Source: Candidatus Dojkabacteria bacterium (GTDB taxonomy: Bacteria; Patescibacteriota; Dojkabacteria; GCA-002793355). From it: 64,000 nucleotides of DNA. Positions 29,435 to 39,574 of this stretch are shown piece by piece. The notes under the pieces were generated by a model. The model saw only the letters and a program-made list of their open reading frames with translations, was not told where the DNA came from and did no database searches. The translations under genes were made by a program, and so were the position numbers. Every line of letters starts with the position of its first letter. The first letter of the stretch is position 1. The stretch spans positions 20,345 to 84,344 of the forward strand of contig CP129470.1 in the NCBI GenBank assembly GCA_030583685.1. The letters run 5' to 3'.

Positions 29435-30247
29435 ATGGCTATTTTTGTATATGCAGCGGGCGGAGTATCAGAAAGGTTTGGAGGAAAGGTAAAGGGGCTT
29501 ACACCAGTTGGTTCAAACAATGAAACACTTCTTGAAATATCGATGACTCAAGCGATTCAAGCAGGATGCACAGAGTTTATTTTTATCGTTGGAAAAAAAT
29601 CAGCACATGAAATTCAAGCTTTTTTTGGGAATGAATATAAGCAAATCCCCATTCGATATGCAATGCAAACGTTCGACGAAAAGGAACGAGATAAACCATG
29701 GGGTACCACAGATGCTCTTATTGCTGCCAAACCGTTGATTTCATCAAACTTTGTATTTCTTAACGCAGATGATATTTATGGTACTCACGCACTACGTACC
29801 CTTGTACAAAGCTTAAACTCATCACAAAATTGTTTACTTATCGGGTATTTGCTCGAAAACGTCCTTCCAGCAGACCAAAGCACCGCAAACAGAGCTATTG
29901 TTACGGAAGAGCAGGGCCTTGTTACAGACATCCAAGAAAACTTCCAGCTTTCACTGACAAACTATAAAAATCGTGGGTTAGACCGAAACTCAATTTGTGC
30001 ATTAAATTTATTTGGAATCACAAATAAAACACTTTCCCTCTTGGAAAAAGAGTTAGAGGAATTCAAGAAGCTACATCGAGGTAACCGTACTATAGAATGC
30101 TATCTCCCAAATTCGTTACAGAACCTCATATCAAAGAAGTTAATTCACATGACCGTCATAAAGACCTCAGACAAATGGTTTGGGATAACTAGTCCATCAG
30201 ATGTTCCACTACTTCGTAAGCAAATTGCGGAGAGGGAATCAAGCTAA
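29435..30247 (+). CDS. Sugar-phosphate nucleotidyltransferase (NTP_transferase family)
   Basis: N-terminal AAGGVSERFGG...K signature glycine-rich loop of the nucleotidyltransferase Rossmann fold; EFIFIVG. Confidence 0.65.
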   Translation: MAIFVYAAGGVSERFGGKVKGLTPVGSNNETLLEISMTQAIQAGCTEFIFIVGKKSAHEIQAFFGNEYKQIPIRYAMQTFDEKERDKPWGTTDALIAAKPLISSNFVFLNADDIYGTHALRTLVQSLNSSQNCLLIGYLLENVLPADQSTANRAIVTEEQGLVTDIQENFQLSLTNYKNRGLDRNSICALNLFGITNKTLSLLEKELEEFKKLHRGNRTIECYLPNSLQNLISKKLIHMTVIKTSDKWFGITSPSDVPLLRKQIAERESS

Positions 30248-30291
30248 TTCCACCAGGCTCACCGTAAAACTTGTTACTAGTTCATGGTACA

Positions 30292-31134
30292 TTAAAACAA
30301 CTGTAACACGCCCTCAATCATTTCTTCCTGATACTTGACGTGTGTATTCTCAAAAGAATCGCAAATTTTTAGCAGAACCCAAGGTAACAGTTGCTCCATT
30401 TTATACTCACCATATCCTGCAAAAAAAGCTTCTCGAAGTTCGGTATCTTGTTGATAATCTGGATCTTGAGTGGTAAGGAGAAAACCATTTGGATATTCAA
30501 GCACAATTGTAGCGAGATCTTCGTAAGGTGACCCCGACCAAATAGTATCTGATTTATCAAATAATATTGTTTCTTTATCGCGGAGTAACACATTATTACT
30601 GTGCATATCACCATGAATGACTCCGAATTTCACTGGGCTGCAGGTTAAAACGGATTCAGTCACTTGCCTTTCTACCTGAGCATAGACATCACGAGAAAGA
30701 TAGGGACGTGCTTTTTGTAAGGCTCCTGCAATAATCTCCTTACTATATTCAGCCCAAGAGTACTGAGCAAGCGTTCCAGTATCAGTCACTTTTTCAGGAT
30801 ATGATTGTTGCTGCTGGTGAAGTTGTCTTACCGTGTTTCCCCAGATTTCTGCATGCAAGGGGCTCCTCTTTGTATCCATTGTCTCAGCATTCTGACTATA
30901 TTCGAGGAGTAATTCATCAGGCCCTACCCACGGTTGTGAATACACGTGCAAATGGGGAAGTTTTATCTGTGCAAGTAACTGCTGAAATCTTTTTTCACTC
31001 TCAACAATCCTTCGCTTTGTTTTTTTAAGTACAAACAATTTCTGCTCAAATTCAATCACTTGGGCAATATCCCTTCCAGCCTCAGAAAGTACTTGTAATC
31101 TTTTATATGGCAACATAGCCAAGTATACCACCAT
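30292..31134 (-). CDS. Aminoglycoside/choline-kinase-like phosphotransferase (APH family)
   Basis: Catalytic loop VIHGDMHSNNVLL (HGDxHxxN) and downstream D (ILFDKSD); protein-kinase-like fold length. Confidence 0.65.
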   Translation of the reverse strand: MVVYLAMLPYKRLQVLSEAGRDIAQVIEFEQKLFVLKKTKRRIVESEKRFQQLLAQIKLPHLHVYSQPWVGPDELLLEYSQNAETMDTKRSPLHAEIWGNTVRQLHQQQQSYPEKVTDTGTLAQYSWAEYSKEIIAGALQKARPYLSRDVYAQVERQVTESVLTCSPVKFGVIHGDMHSNNVLLRDKETILFDKSDTIWSGSPYEDLATIVLEYPNGFLLTTQDPDYQQDTELREAFFAGYGEYKMEQLLPWVLLKICDSFENTHVKYQEEMIEGVLQLF

Positions 31135-31171
31135 AATTGCCCAAAGTTACTAAACTTGATATAGTAACCCT

Positions 31172-32104
31172 ATGTTACTTACTGCCCAACTCGCTCTGCT
31201 TTTTGTTGCTCTCTGGGTAAGTTCCTCCGTCATCATTAAAAGTGTTACCAAGCTTTCGGTGAAGGCAAAACTTCCAACATTTCTTGTATCCTTCTTTTTG
31301 CTTGGATTTTTAACCTCAATCTCAGAAATCTCTGTTGCCATCTCGTCGTATCTTGATGGCGTTCCGCAAATATCAGCCGGCAATTTATTGGGGGGAATTA
31401 TAGTCATGTTTCTTTTGGTTCTTCCCCTTCTTGCGATACTTGGAAACGGCATTAGTGCCGAGAGCAATTACAAACCACATGAATTGTTTATCACACTCAC
31501 AGTACTTGTACTCCCTGCGCTTCTCTTCCTTGATAAACAGATAACTCCGTCTGAAGGGTATTTTTTATTGGGATCCTACCTCATACCCGTCATTATTTTA
31601 GTCGCTAAAAATAGCGATTTACCCGCGAAAAAAGGTCGAATCCCTAATGCTGTTAAGAGTACAAATATTCTGTTAGAAATTGCAAAAATTGTGCTCGGTG
31701 GTGTTGTCCTCTTGTATGCGGCTGATCATCTCGTTGATTTATTAGTCATTTCTGCGCAAGTACTCGGAATTACCCCTTTTATCCTGAGTCTTCTCACACT
31801 CTCTCTGGGTACGAACCTTCCTGAGATAATTCTGGTCATCAAAGCAGTTCTTACCGGCAATAAGGAAGTAGCGTTGGGAAATTACATCGGTTCAGCGTTA
31901 ATGAATTTGTTAATCCTTTCTTTCCTTGCCATCGCAAATGGGGGACTTTCAATTTCTGCAGATTTTACGAAGATTTTTATTTTTACCTCCATTGGGCTTG
32001 TTTTGTTTTTTTCGTTCATCACTTCTAAAAATGTTCTCACAAGAAAAGAGGGGATTCTCCTTCTCCTGCTTTATGTAGCGTTCTTATGGACAGAATTGCT
32101 ATAA
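31172..32104 (+). CDS. Ca2+/cation antiporter (CaCA/YrbG-like)
   Basis: Two alpha-repeat regions with G(N/T)xxPE-like motifs (SLGTNLPEIILVI; AISSYLDGVPQISAGNLLGG), about 10 TM. Confidence 0.7.
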   Translation: MLLTAQLALLFVALWVSSSVIIKSVTKLSVKAKLPTFLVSFFLLGFLTSISEISVAISSYLDGVPQISAGNLLGGIIVMFLLVLPLLAILGNGISAESNYKPHELFITLTVLVLPALLFLDKQITPSEGYFLLGSYLIPVIILVAKNSDLPAKKGRIPNAVKSTNILLEIAKIVLGGVVLLYAADHLVDLLVISAQVLGITPFILSLLTLSLGTNLPEIILVIKAVLTGNKEVALGNYIGSALMNLLILSFLAIANGGLSISADFTKIFIFTSIGLVLFFSFITSKNVLTRKEGILLLLLYVAFLWTELL

Positions 32105-32121
32105 AATTGGTATAATTCGCA

Positions 32122-32787
32122 ATGAAGGAACGCTTTCCAGAAGAACTCAAGGCAATTTTCTTTGATATGGATGGCGTGTTGCTTGATTCTGAGCGTGTCT
32201 GGCGAGATGAGTATGGAGATGCCTTTTGGAATGACATTGGCGTCAAGGAGCTTCCCCCTGCACTTTCCGAGCAAATATACGGAATCTCCATGCACGATGA
32301 ACATGCAATATTACAACGTGAAATTGGACTTTCCTTAACACTCGATGAATACATAGCAAAATATGATAAATATTCTGACTTAGTTTACAGTTCAGCAAAA
32401 CTTGCCGAAAATTTAGAAGAGACCTTATCGCATTGCAAAGAGACAGGATTATACATAGCGATTGTCACTTCATCTGTTGGAAATTGGGTAGAAAAAGTAT
32501 TGAGACGATTATCGAAAGACTACTTTGACTTGGTTGTTGCAGTTCCAGATCATCCCGAGCTCAAACCAAAACCACAGCCTGACCCTTACCTGTACACACT
32601 GCAACGATCTGGATTTAGAGCAAACCAAGTAATTGCCGTTGAAGATTCAAACAGAGGAATACAAGCAGCAGTTACTGCAGGTATCTACACGATTGCATCG
32701 GCAGAGTTTGTAAATGAGGAATATGAGCAGAAGGAGTACAACTTATTGCTCAAAAAACTAGCAAACCTTACAGATTTAATTAAATAA
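32122..32787 (+). CDS. HAD-superfamily hydrolase, subfamily IA (beta-phosphoglucomutase/phosphatase-like)
   Basis: Motif I FDMDGVLLDSE, motif II VTSS, motif III K...., motif IV EDSNRG. Confidence 0.8.
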   Translation: MKERFPEELKAIFFDMDGVLLDSERVWRDEYGDAFWNDIGVKELPPALSEQIYGISMHDEHAILQREIGLSLTLDEYIAKYDKYSDLVYSSAKLAENLEETLSHCKETGLYIAIVTSSVGNWVEKVLRRLSKDYFDLVVAVPDHPELKPKPQPDPYLYTLQRSGFRANQVIAVEDSNRGIQAAVTAGIYTIASAEFVNEEYEQKEYNLLLKKLANLTDLIK

Positions 32788-32794
32788 AAGCAGA

Positions 32795-33223
32795 ATGACC
32801 GCTAAAACAATTACGGTAGCTATTTTCGATGATGAACAGCTTAAAAGAGAAGCAATTGCACGCGCAATATCCGGAAGGAAATCTGGCAACTTCGTATTTG
32901 ATATTCCAGGGTGGGCTGTAGGGGCCTCTCTTGAGCAAGGCAAATTAATCATCAAGAAAGACACACTAAAGAATATTAAAATTTTCTTAGTAGACGGAAA
33001 AATGGATGGCGACAATAATGCCGGCTACGAACTGGCACAGAAAATTAGATCTGAAAGACCTGATGCACTCATTATATCTATCTCAATAAATACCGATGAA
33101 AGAGGATGGTACGATGCTCATCTTAACACTACTATCAAAAGTCAAAGATATCCAATCTTCCTTGAAAGTGAACTTAGAAAACTCAAGTCAAGAGCAATAG
33201 AAAAAAAAGACCTAATTCTCTAA
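32795..33223 (+). CDS. Stand-alone receiver (REC)-like domain protein
   Basis: Flavodoxin-like alternation, acidic pocket (FDDE), conserved Asp in FLVDGKMDG and Ser/Thr-Lys pattern; atypical. Confidence 0.4.
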   Translation: MTAKTITVAIFDDEQLKREAIARAISGRKSGNFVFDIPGWAVGASLEQGKLIIKKDTLKNIKIFLVDGKMDGDNNAGYELAQKIRSERPDALIISISINTDERGWYDAHLNTTIKSQRYPIFLESELRKLKSRAIEKKDLIL

Positions 33224-33607
33224 CTCCATGGGTGACACATCGGTCTTTACAAACTTCGTTCGAGTAACAACATTTCCGTTGTAATCGCTCGTTATCACCA
33301 TCATTTTTCTATTCGGTTCGCCATCAAGGTTACTCACAATAACTTCGCAATTCCCGTCTGAGAAAGCAATGCTTCGCGTCCCAGTGAAACTGGGATTTCT
33401 GGTCAATTGTCTCATTCCTTCTTCTATGCAACTTACTGTTCGGAGTTCTGCAAATTGCCGATTCACATACGATTTCGTACTTAGCGCAATATCCATGGCA
33501 TTCGAAAGAACTGCCATACCAGAAACAATTAACAACGCTCCCACAAGAATTACCGTAGTTAAGGAAATATTTCCCCGAATTCGTTTTTTTTGTTTATCGG
33601 AATGCAT
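33212..33607 (-). CDS. Small N-terminally anchored protein, possible pseudopilin
   Basis: Single N-terminal hydrophobic helix LTTVILVGALLIVSGMAVL; sits within the pilus minor-pilin block; lacks a canonical G/FxxxE. Confidence 0.3.
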   Translation of the reverse strand: MHSDKQKKRIRGNISLTTVILVGALLIVSGMAVLSNAMDIALSTKSYVNRQFAELRTVSCIEEGMRQLTRNPSFTGTRSIAFSDGNCEVIVSNLDGEPNRKMMVITSDYNGNVVTRTKFVKTDVSPMELEN

Positions 33608-34076
33608 AGTAACTTTCGATTGTCTTAGTTACAGATGGATACTTTTCGGCAATAAACGTTATCCGAACACGTACCCCAAGAATTTCTCCCTCATTGCGTA
33701 CAGGTTGGACACGAAATTCTGTGACCTGTACAAATGGATCAGTTAACAGGAAAGTTCCTCCATTCCTGTTGACTCGAAGTCGTTGATTTTGCACATTATA
33801 ATCGAAGTAGTCGGAATCTGTCGAGATTCGAACACTTCCTTGCCCTGTATGAAAGCTACTCTCGTCCTCGACGACAGTTCTTCCTCTTCTGAACGTATCG
33901 CTTAAGTGTTCCGTAACAAAAATTGCGTTTTTTTCGATTGCATTCCGATATTCGGCATTCCGATTACTTTGAGTGAGCGTTATCGCCCAGGTAATGACAG
34001 AAAAGAAAATTATATTGAACAACGCAAGATAGAGAATCGTTTCTACAAGCGTAAACGCAGAAATTCGATGGTTCAT
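33594..34076 (-). CDS. Type IV minor pilin / pseudopilin
   Basis: Prepilin-type N-terminus ISAFTLVETILYLALF (G/A-F-T-L-x-E), roughly 150-aa beta-rich body. Confidence 0.55.
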   Translation of the reverse strand: MNHRISAFTLVETILYLALFNIIFFSVITWAITLTQSNRNAEYRNAIEKNAIFVTEHLSDTFRRGRTVVEDESSFHTGQGSVRISTDSDYFDYNVQNQRLRVNRNGGTFLLTDPFVQVTEFRVQPVRNEGEILGVRVRITFIAEKYPSVTKTIESYYAFR

Positions 34077-36010
34077 TTTTGGTACGTGATTTCAATTTGG
34101 TCAAAGACTCCGGATGCAATGTTATCTGCGGAGTCAAACAATACTCTGTATTGAAGATAGCGTTTATTTGAGAGCGATTGAGGTAATTGCATGACTCCTG
34201 GTGATGAGAAATAGCTTCCGCTTGTTCCATCAGGTCCAACCCAATTAATCCCTGAGAATGTGTTCATTTCGCTTGTCCTTACTTGTACACGTACCATTGC
34301 GTTATTTGGCACAGTTCCTTGCCAATCAAGCGTAAAGTATTGAGTTGTCTCTGATTCAGTATCAATAACTGATGAGATATAACTTGCCTGAGATGCAACT
34401 CCTTGACCGTTTCCACCACCACCCCCCGGGCCACCTTTCAATACGCGTAATTCCGCAGAGGGATTATTGGTCACCAGATGTGAGTACACATTCCCATTAC
34501 TTTCTGTAACTGCAGCAACCCCATTAACACCATTCACAATCGCCAATCCGCCGCAATACTGTGGATTAGATTCATTATTTAAGGTTGCAACTTGATATTG
34601 CTCAGTGCCATTTTTCCCTCCAATTAATAATCTCTGAGAACCCTCCGGTACGACTAAATCGGTAACCGACATACCATTCGTTTCATAACTACTGAAAGGA
34701 GTTTTATTACCAGTTTTCGTCGTGACATCAATCACAAAGACTTCACGTTGTGAACTTGACGAATTTGCACCTAAGTACGCTCTTGTTTCGTCTTCTGCAA
34801 CATATACTGCAGTAAGTGAGGTATTCGGTGTTGTTATAGTGCCAACAATTGCTGGTGCAGAAGGATTACTTATAGAAATAATGTGAGCTTGCACTGCGCC
34901 CGAAGTGTACGTAACATAGGCGAAATTACCACGAACGAATAAATCTGAAATATTATTTTGCAGAACTACATTTCCTAATGCTGGTCGTGCACCTGTTTTA
35001 GAAGTAACATCAAAAGTGTACAAACGAGAGGAGGTCACCATGACTCCAACATTGCCTGTAGCAAATACACCCCGTCCGGAGTTATTTCCCGGTGCATCAA
35101 AATAGCCTATTTGTGAAAAAGGGGTCGTTGCCGTATTGATGATAACAATTTCTCGGCTGTTGGTATCAGTTCCGATATAGCCATACTGCCCATCGCCAAA
35201 TACAGCATTTGTCTTATATCCATCAAAAGTTCCTGTCGCTGATACAACGGGCGGCTCTGAAGCGGTAAAATTCATTTTTGCGAAGGAAACACCTGAAGCA
35301 TTTCCCCCTGTCCCCATAAAAATACTTCCTGGATGTGCAACAATTGATTGTGCGACACCCTGTCCAGGTAAATCATGCGAACTTTGAGTCAATGATGGCT
35401 TACACCAATCAGCAAATATTATTGTTTCCATGGTGACTTCGCCATCATCCTCGTTAGTAATAACGGTCATGTCTCGAGTTCCAGTGTTAAACTCCGCTTG
35501 GGTCGTTTCCATTACTCGTAAGGTATTCCAATCACTCACATAAACCGTTGATTCCAATGAATTCGACATCCCCAGAAAATCAATCCACGTGACCTGAATA
35601 ACAATTGCTCGAGTATGAAAATCGACAACACCAGCAGTAGTAACAATTTCACCTGCTTGGTTTCGTTGCACTTCATTAATCTGAAGTGTAAGTGAAATAC
35701 CATCTGAAGTAGGTCCGCTTCCGTCTTCAAATCCGTATGTTTCAGCCTCAGCATCATAAACCATGTGCTTAACACCGTCACCTGTATGTTCTACCATAAG
35801 CGACCATAAAGAATCTTTATTCATCAGTACAGCATTCGTAGTCTCCTGAATTGCCTGCATTGCGTGTACCTTTACGCCAGAGTTTCTAATGGCCCTCATC
35901 GCATCTAAAGAAAATGTTGCTACGGAAGTAATAAGTAATGCGAATAGTCCCATGCCAAGCAGTAGTTCTGCCAAACTGAACGCGGGAAGTCTTCGATTAG
36001 TCAAGCGCAT
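34073..36010 (-). CDS. Large (645 aa) pilin-like protein: prepilin N-terminus fused to a big beta-rich, Gly/Thr/Asn-rich domain; candidate pilus tip adhesin
   Basis: N-terminal RRLPAFSLAELLLGMGLFALLI prepilin signature, then repeated GT/NG/SG beta-strand-like segments; ATGA overlap with flanking pilin genes. Confidence 0.55.
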   Translation of the reverse strand: MRLTNRRLPAFSLAELLLGMGLFALLITSVATFSLDAMRAIRNSGVKVHAMQAIQETTNAVLMNKDSLWSLMVEHTGDGVKHMVYDAEAETYGFEDGSGPTSDGISLTLQINEVQRNQAGEIVTTAGVVDFHTRAIVIQVTWIDFLGMSNSLESTVYVSDWNTLRVMETTQAEFNTGTRDMTVITNEDDGEVTMETIIFADWCKPSLTQSSHDLPGQGVAQSIVAHPGSIFMGTGGNASGVSFAKMNFTASEPPVVSATGTFDGYKTNAVFGDGQYGYIGTDTNSREIVIINTATTPFSQIGYFDAPGNNSGRGVFATGNVGVMVTSSRLYTFDVTSKTGARPALGNVVLQNNISDLFVRGNFAYVTYTSGAVQAHIISISNPSAPAIVGTITTPNTSLTAVYVAEDETRAYLGANSSSSQREVFVIDVTTKTGNKTPFSSYETNGMSVTDLVVPEGSQRLLIGGKNGTEQYQVATLNNESNPQYCGGLAIVNGVNGVAAVTESNGNVYSHLVTNNPSAELRVLKGGPGGGGGNGQGVASQASYISSVIDTESETTQYFTLDWQGTVPNNAMVRVQVRTSEMNTFSGINWVGPDGTSGSYFSSPGVMQLPQSLSNKRYLQYRVLFDSADNIASGVFDQIEITYQK

Positions 36011-36443
36011 AGTACGATATCATTCCTTCTGAATTAATCTCTAAACGATAGGTGCTTCGTGAATCTGAGATAGTAATATGTCCAAACGCACCAGCGCGAA
36101 ATTCGCCAACGGGGAAAGTTATTTCATTACCGACAGAAAGTTGAATCGAGGAGATTCTGATAGGTTGTGTAAAGTAATAGGTATCTTGATATGTTGCATC
36201 GCTTAGACGTTCTCCTGTAAATACAGTGTACCGATCCGAGAAAAATGCAATTCCATATGAGTCCTGCTGTAGACCTGCATATGCATCTTGCTGTTGACGA
36301 AAAAGCATGTACGCTATCGTTTTAGCCTCTGCATCGGCACGAGAGCGATTGATTAACTGCATAGAAAAAGGAAATGTAAGCACTACCATCATAGAAAATA
36401 TTCCCATAACCACGAGTGTCTCGAACAAACTAGCAGCCTTCAT
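35997..36443 (-). CDS. Type IV minor pilin / pseudopilin
   Basis: N-terminal ASLFETLVVMGIFSMMVV (prepilin F-E-T-L motif), 148 aa. Confidence 0.55.
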   Translation of the reverse strand: MKAASLFETLVVMGIFSMMVVLTFPFSMQLINRSRADAEAKTIAYMLFRQQQDAYAGLQQDSYGIAFFSDRYTVFTGERLSDATYQDTYYFTQPIRISSIQLSVGNEITFPVGEFRAGAFGHITISDSRSTYRLEINSEGMISYYALD

Positions 36444-37555
36444 TAGTTGATTGCTGAAGTTAATGAATAAATTGGCCCAACAATGACAATTGCCAGCATT
36501 CCAATCATTGCACCAATCAAAATCAGAAGGAGTGGTTCAATTAACGATGCCATATTACTGGTTAGTTCCTGCAAATCTTCAGAGTAAAATCCATAGAGAT
36601 ATCGGAGGTTTTCTTCAAGCGTTCCGCTTGACTCACCAAGTTCGATCAATTTCAAGAACGTTTCAGGGAAATACTGCTTATATTCACTCAATGCCTGCGC
36701 AAGCGATGTCCCATTTTCCACTTCGTTGGCAACTTTTGCTAAAATTTCGCTATACACTGTATTTGTTGTTGTTTCTGAGGTTATTCGAATTGCTCGCACT
36801 AAAGGTATTCCGTTGGACATTAACACACCAATTGTTCGTGCAATAGAGGTAAGAATCTGTAATCGAACAACTTGATTAAAAATTGGGAACTTCAACATGA
36901 TTTTACTCATTGTTCGCTGTCCGTTCTTCGTTTTGAAGTAGAAGTACAGTGCAAGGCCAATGACGAAAACTACGCCAAGCAGATAATACCAATTTAACCT
37001 AATAAAACGCGTTACCTGCATGATAACTATGGTATATTGAGGAATATTTTTAAAGGTAAGAAAAAGTGTTTCAAGTTTAGGTAATACGAAAAAGATAACC
37101 CCAGCCATTTCAACGGTCGTCAAAAACAAGACAATCATCGGGTAGAGGAGAGCACCGTTGATTTTTTTCTGTAAATCATGCTTTTTTTTCAAAAAATCTG
37201 ACAAGAATAATAGGTTTTGATCCAGCCCACCTCCTTGCTCACCAACTTCAATAATTGAAATAATAATTGAGGAAAAAACCTTCGGATACCGCTTCATTGA
37301 CTCTGCAAGGGAAACTCCCTTTTGAATGGTTCCATAAATTGCAGAAAAGACTTTTCGTAATACTGGATTTTCTGACTGCTCCGACATAATATTGACGGAA
37401 TTCGCCAAACTAATCCCAGAACGAAGCATAACAGACATATGGCGAATAGCCATTGCAATATTTAACTCTGAAACTCGATCAAAAAAACCTGGTTGATAAT
37501 CTTCAGCTCGAACAGGTTTGACATCAGCTTTAGGCGATTTCTTTGAGGCAGCCAT
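36443..37555 (-). CDS. pilC: Type IV pilus assembly platform protein PilC (GspF family)
   Basis: Two GspF repeats with SGISL..S and LGE.GG motifs, three TM segments, roughly 370 aa; downstream of pilB. Confidence 0.85.
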   Translation of the reverse strand: MAASKKSPKADVKPVRAEDYQPGFFDRVSELNIAMAIRHMSVMLRSGISLANSVNIMSEQSENPVLRKVFSAIYGTIQKGVSLAESMKRYPKVFSSIIISIIEVGEQGGGLDQNLLFLSDFLKKKHDLQKKINGALLYPMIVLFLTTVEMAGVIFFVLPKLETLFLTFKNIPQYTIVIMQVTRFIRLNWYYLLGVVFVIGLALYFYFKTKNGQRTMSKIMLKFPIFNQVVRLQILTSIARTIGVLMSNGIPLVRAIRITSETTTNTVYSEILAKVANEVENGTSLAQALSEYKQYFPETFLKLIELGESSGTLEENLRYLYGFYSEDLQELTSNMASLIEPLLLILIGAMIGMLAIVIVGPIYSLTSAIN

Positions 37556-37602
37556 AACACCTACATCGTACTGTTTTTTCCTGAATTTTGCAATCTTATG
37601 TG

Positions 37603-38871
37603 TTATTCTCGCATCGTCGTAACGCGCATGAGTTCATCAAAATCGATTAAACCGGTTTTAATTTTTTCGATACCGCTTTCTACAATCAACTCAAGACCCA
37701 TTTTTCGAGCAAGTACAAACAAATCGTCGACGGTCGCTTTTTCTGAGATTGCACGTCTCAAGGATTCTGTTAATTCAAGCACTTCGTACAAACCGACACG
37801 TCCCTTATACCCAGAGTTACTACAGACTTCGCAGCCGTTTTTTTTGTATAATGCGTCCCCCTCTTTGAATTTTGCACCAATGTCGGGACGCATCTTTTTT
37901 ACATGAGCCAGTTCAGTGGCCGTGAGCTTATATTTTTGCTTACATTTTTCACATAATCGACGAGTTAGTCGCTGGGCAACAATAACATTGACCGTTGAGG
38001 CAACAAGGTATGGTTCAATTCCCATATCAACAAGTCGAGGAATTGTTGTTACAGAATCATTCGTGTGCAGCGTGGAAAGAACTAAGTGACCCGTCATTGC
38101 AGCATTGATTGCAATACGTGCTGTTTCGGTATCTCGAATTTCACCAACCATGACAATATCTGGATCTTGACGAAGAATCGAGCGCAGTCCCGACGCAAAG
38201 GTCATGTTCGCCTTAGTATTTACTTGAATATGGTTCACGCCATCAATATCATACTCAACCGGGTCTTCAATCGTGGTGATATTCCGCTCTCGAGAGTTAA
38301 GATTTTTAAGAATCGTATAGAGTGTTGTGGTTTTTCCTGACCCAGTTGGACCGACAGCAAGAATCATTCCATAGGGTTTCTGATAGCTTTTTGTCACTTT
38401 TTCCAAATCTGCACCAACAATTCCGAGCTGCTCAAGACTCAGATCACTCCCTTGTTGTGCTAACAATCGAATGACAACTTTTTCACCCTTTGTTGTCGGA
38501 ATTATTGAAATACGTGCATCAATCTTTGTATCTTTAATAAGAAACCGAATTTTTCCATCTTGCGGTGCAAAGTGTTCATCAGTTCTAATTTGCGCCTCAA
38601 CCTTAATCTTAAAGAGCAGTGCCTCTTCAAGTGCTTTATCGAAATAAAATGCTTCTCTGAGCAATCCATCGATACGATATCTAATTACCAAATGTTTTCC
38701 CGTTGGCTCAATATGAATATCCGAAGATTTTGCTTCAAAGGCCTTCTCAATCAACGAAACCAATAACGCACCAATATCTTGAGTATTCACCCTCGTTACT
38801 GATACATTGCTTGTCTCTTCTGGCGTCACTTCACCTGAGATATTCGGGTTTTCTTTATTTTTTTCAGACAT
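37603..38871 (-). CDS. pilB: Type IV pilus assembly ATPase PilB (GspE family)
   Basis: Walker A VGPTGSGKTTTLY, Asp box, Walker B IVMVGEIRD, His box TLHTN, tetracysteine CEKC...CEVC zinc motif. Confidence 0.9.
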   Translation of the reverse strand: MSEKNKENPNISGEVTPEETSNVSVTRVNTQDIGALLVSLIEKAFEAKSSDIHIEPTGKHLVIRYRIDGLLREAFYFDKALEEALLFKIKVEAQIRTDEHFAPQDGKIRFLIKDTKIDARISIIPTTKGEKVVIRLLAQQGSDLSLEQLGIVGADLEKVTKSYQKPYGMILAVGPTGSGKTTTLYTILKNLNSRERNITTIEDPVEYDIDGVNHIQVNTKANMTFASGLRSILRQDPDIVMVGEIRDTETARIAINAAMTGHLVLSTLHTNDSVTTIPRLVDMGIEPYLVASTVNVIVAQRLTRRLCEKCKQKYKLTATELAHVKKMRPDIGAKFKEGDALYKKNGCEVCSNSGYKGRVGLYEVLELTESLRRAISEKATVDDLFVLARKMGLELIVESGIEKIKTGLIDFDELMRVTTMRE

Positions 38872-38893
38872 GGTCTAGACATTATAGCATCAT

Positions 38894-38922
38894 AAAAAAA
38901 GGACGGGAGTCACCTCCCGTCC
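38894..38922 (-). terminator. Rho-independent terminator (9-bp GC stem plus T-run on the minus strand) between the major pilin and pilB
   Basis: Plus strand: AAAAAAA GGACGGGAG TCAC CTCCCGTCC. On the minus strand this is a hairpin followed by TTTTTTT, right after the pilin stop. Confidence 0.5.
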
Positions 38923-38944
38923 TTCTACGAATAAGGAGAGAAAA

Positions 38945-39406
38945 TTATTTTCTCACTTTAATTTCCTTACCGTTTTCTGCACCAGGTGCTGCGACTTCAA
39001 CTCGCTGACCTGAAGTTTGACAGATTGTATAGCCTGTGTTTGCTTCAGTTCCACCATTTGGGTCCATCGGAATGGCTGCAATATACTCATCAACTAGGAG
39101 GGTATACAGGTTAATTGTTCCTGCGGGTGGTGTTCCCGTGGTAACTGCACTAATTGGTGCTGGAGTTGCATCACACAGGGGGATTGTTCCGAATGCTGCA
39201 AGTGTATTTCCTGGCTCAGAAGTGTATTGCACAACAGCATTGAGAATTTGTTGAACATCAGCACTTCGCTGAGTATTTCTGGTATCAGCAAAGTTCTTTG
39301 CTGGGTTAATCGCGACGATTGTGATTGCAGCTAAAATGGCAATCAAACCGACGACGACTAAAATTTCAATAAGGGTAAACCCCTTAAGTGTCGCCTTTTT
39401 TTGCAT
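38945..39406 (-). CDS. pilA: Type IV major pilin (type IVa-like prepilin)
   Basis: MQKKATLKGFTLIEILVVVGLIAILAAI: leader ending in G, F+1, E+5, hydrophobic alpha1; 153 aa; own terminator. Confidence 0.85.
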   Translation of the reverse strand: MQKKATLKGFTLIEILVVVGLIAILAAITIVAINPAKNFADTRNTQRSADVQQILNAVVQYTSEPGNTLAAFGTIPLCDATPAPISAVTTGTPPAGTINLYTLLVDEYIAAIPMDPNGGTEANTGYTICQTSGQRVEVAAPGAENGKEIKVRK

Positions 39407-39574
39407 GGGACAGGTTTATTTAACTTATACCTATAGGTAGTATAGAGCAGATTGAAGTGAAAATGCAAGTCATTCACCGGTACACGCCTTACTCATGCAA
39501 TACTTAATACTGTCTTCTTGCAGTGGGACAACAAATGCTATAGAAAAGTGAACTCTTTGGCTATATAATGTATT

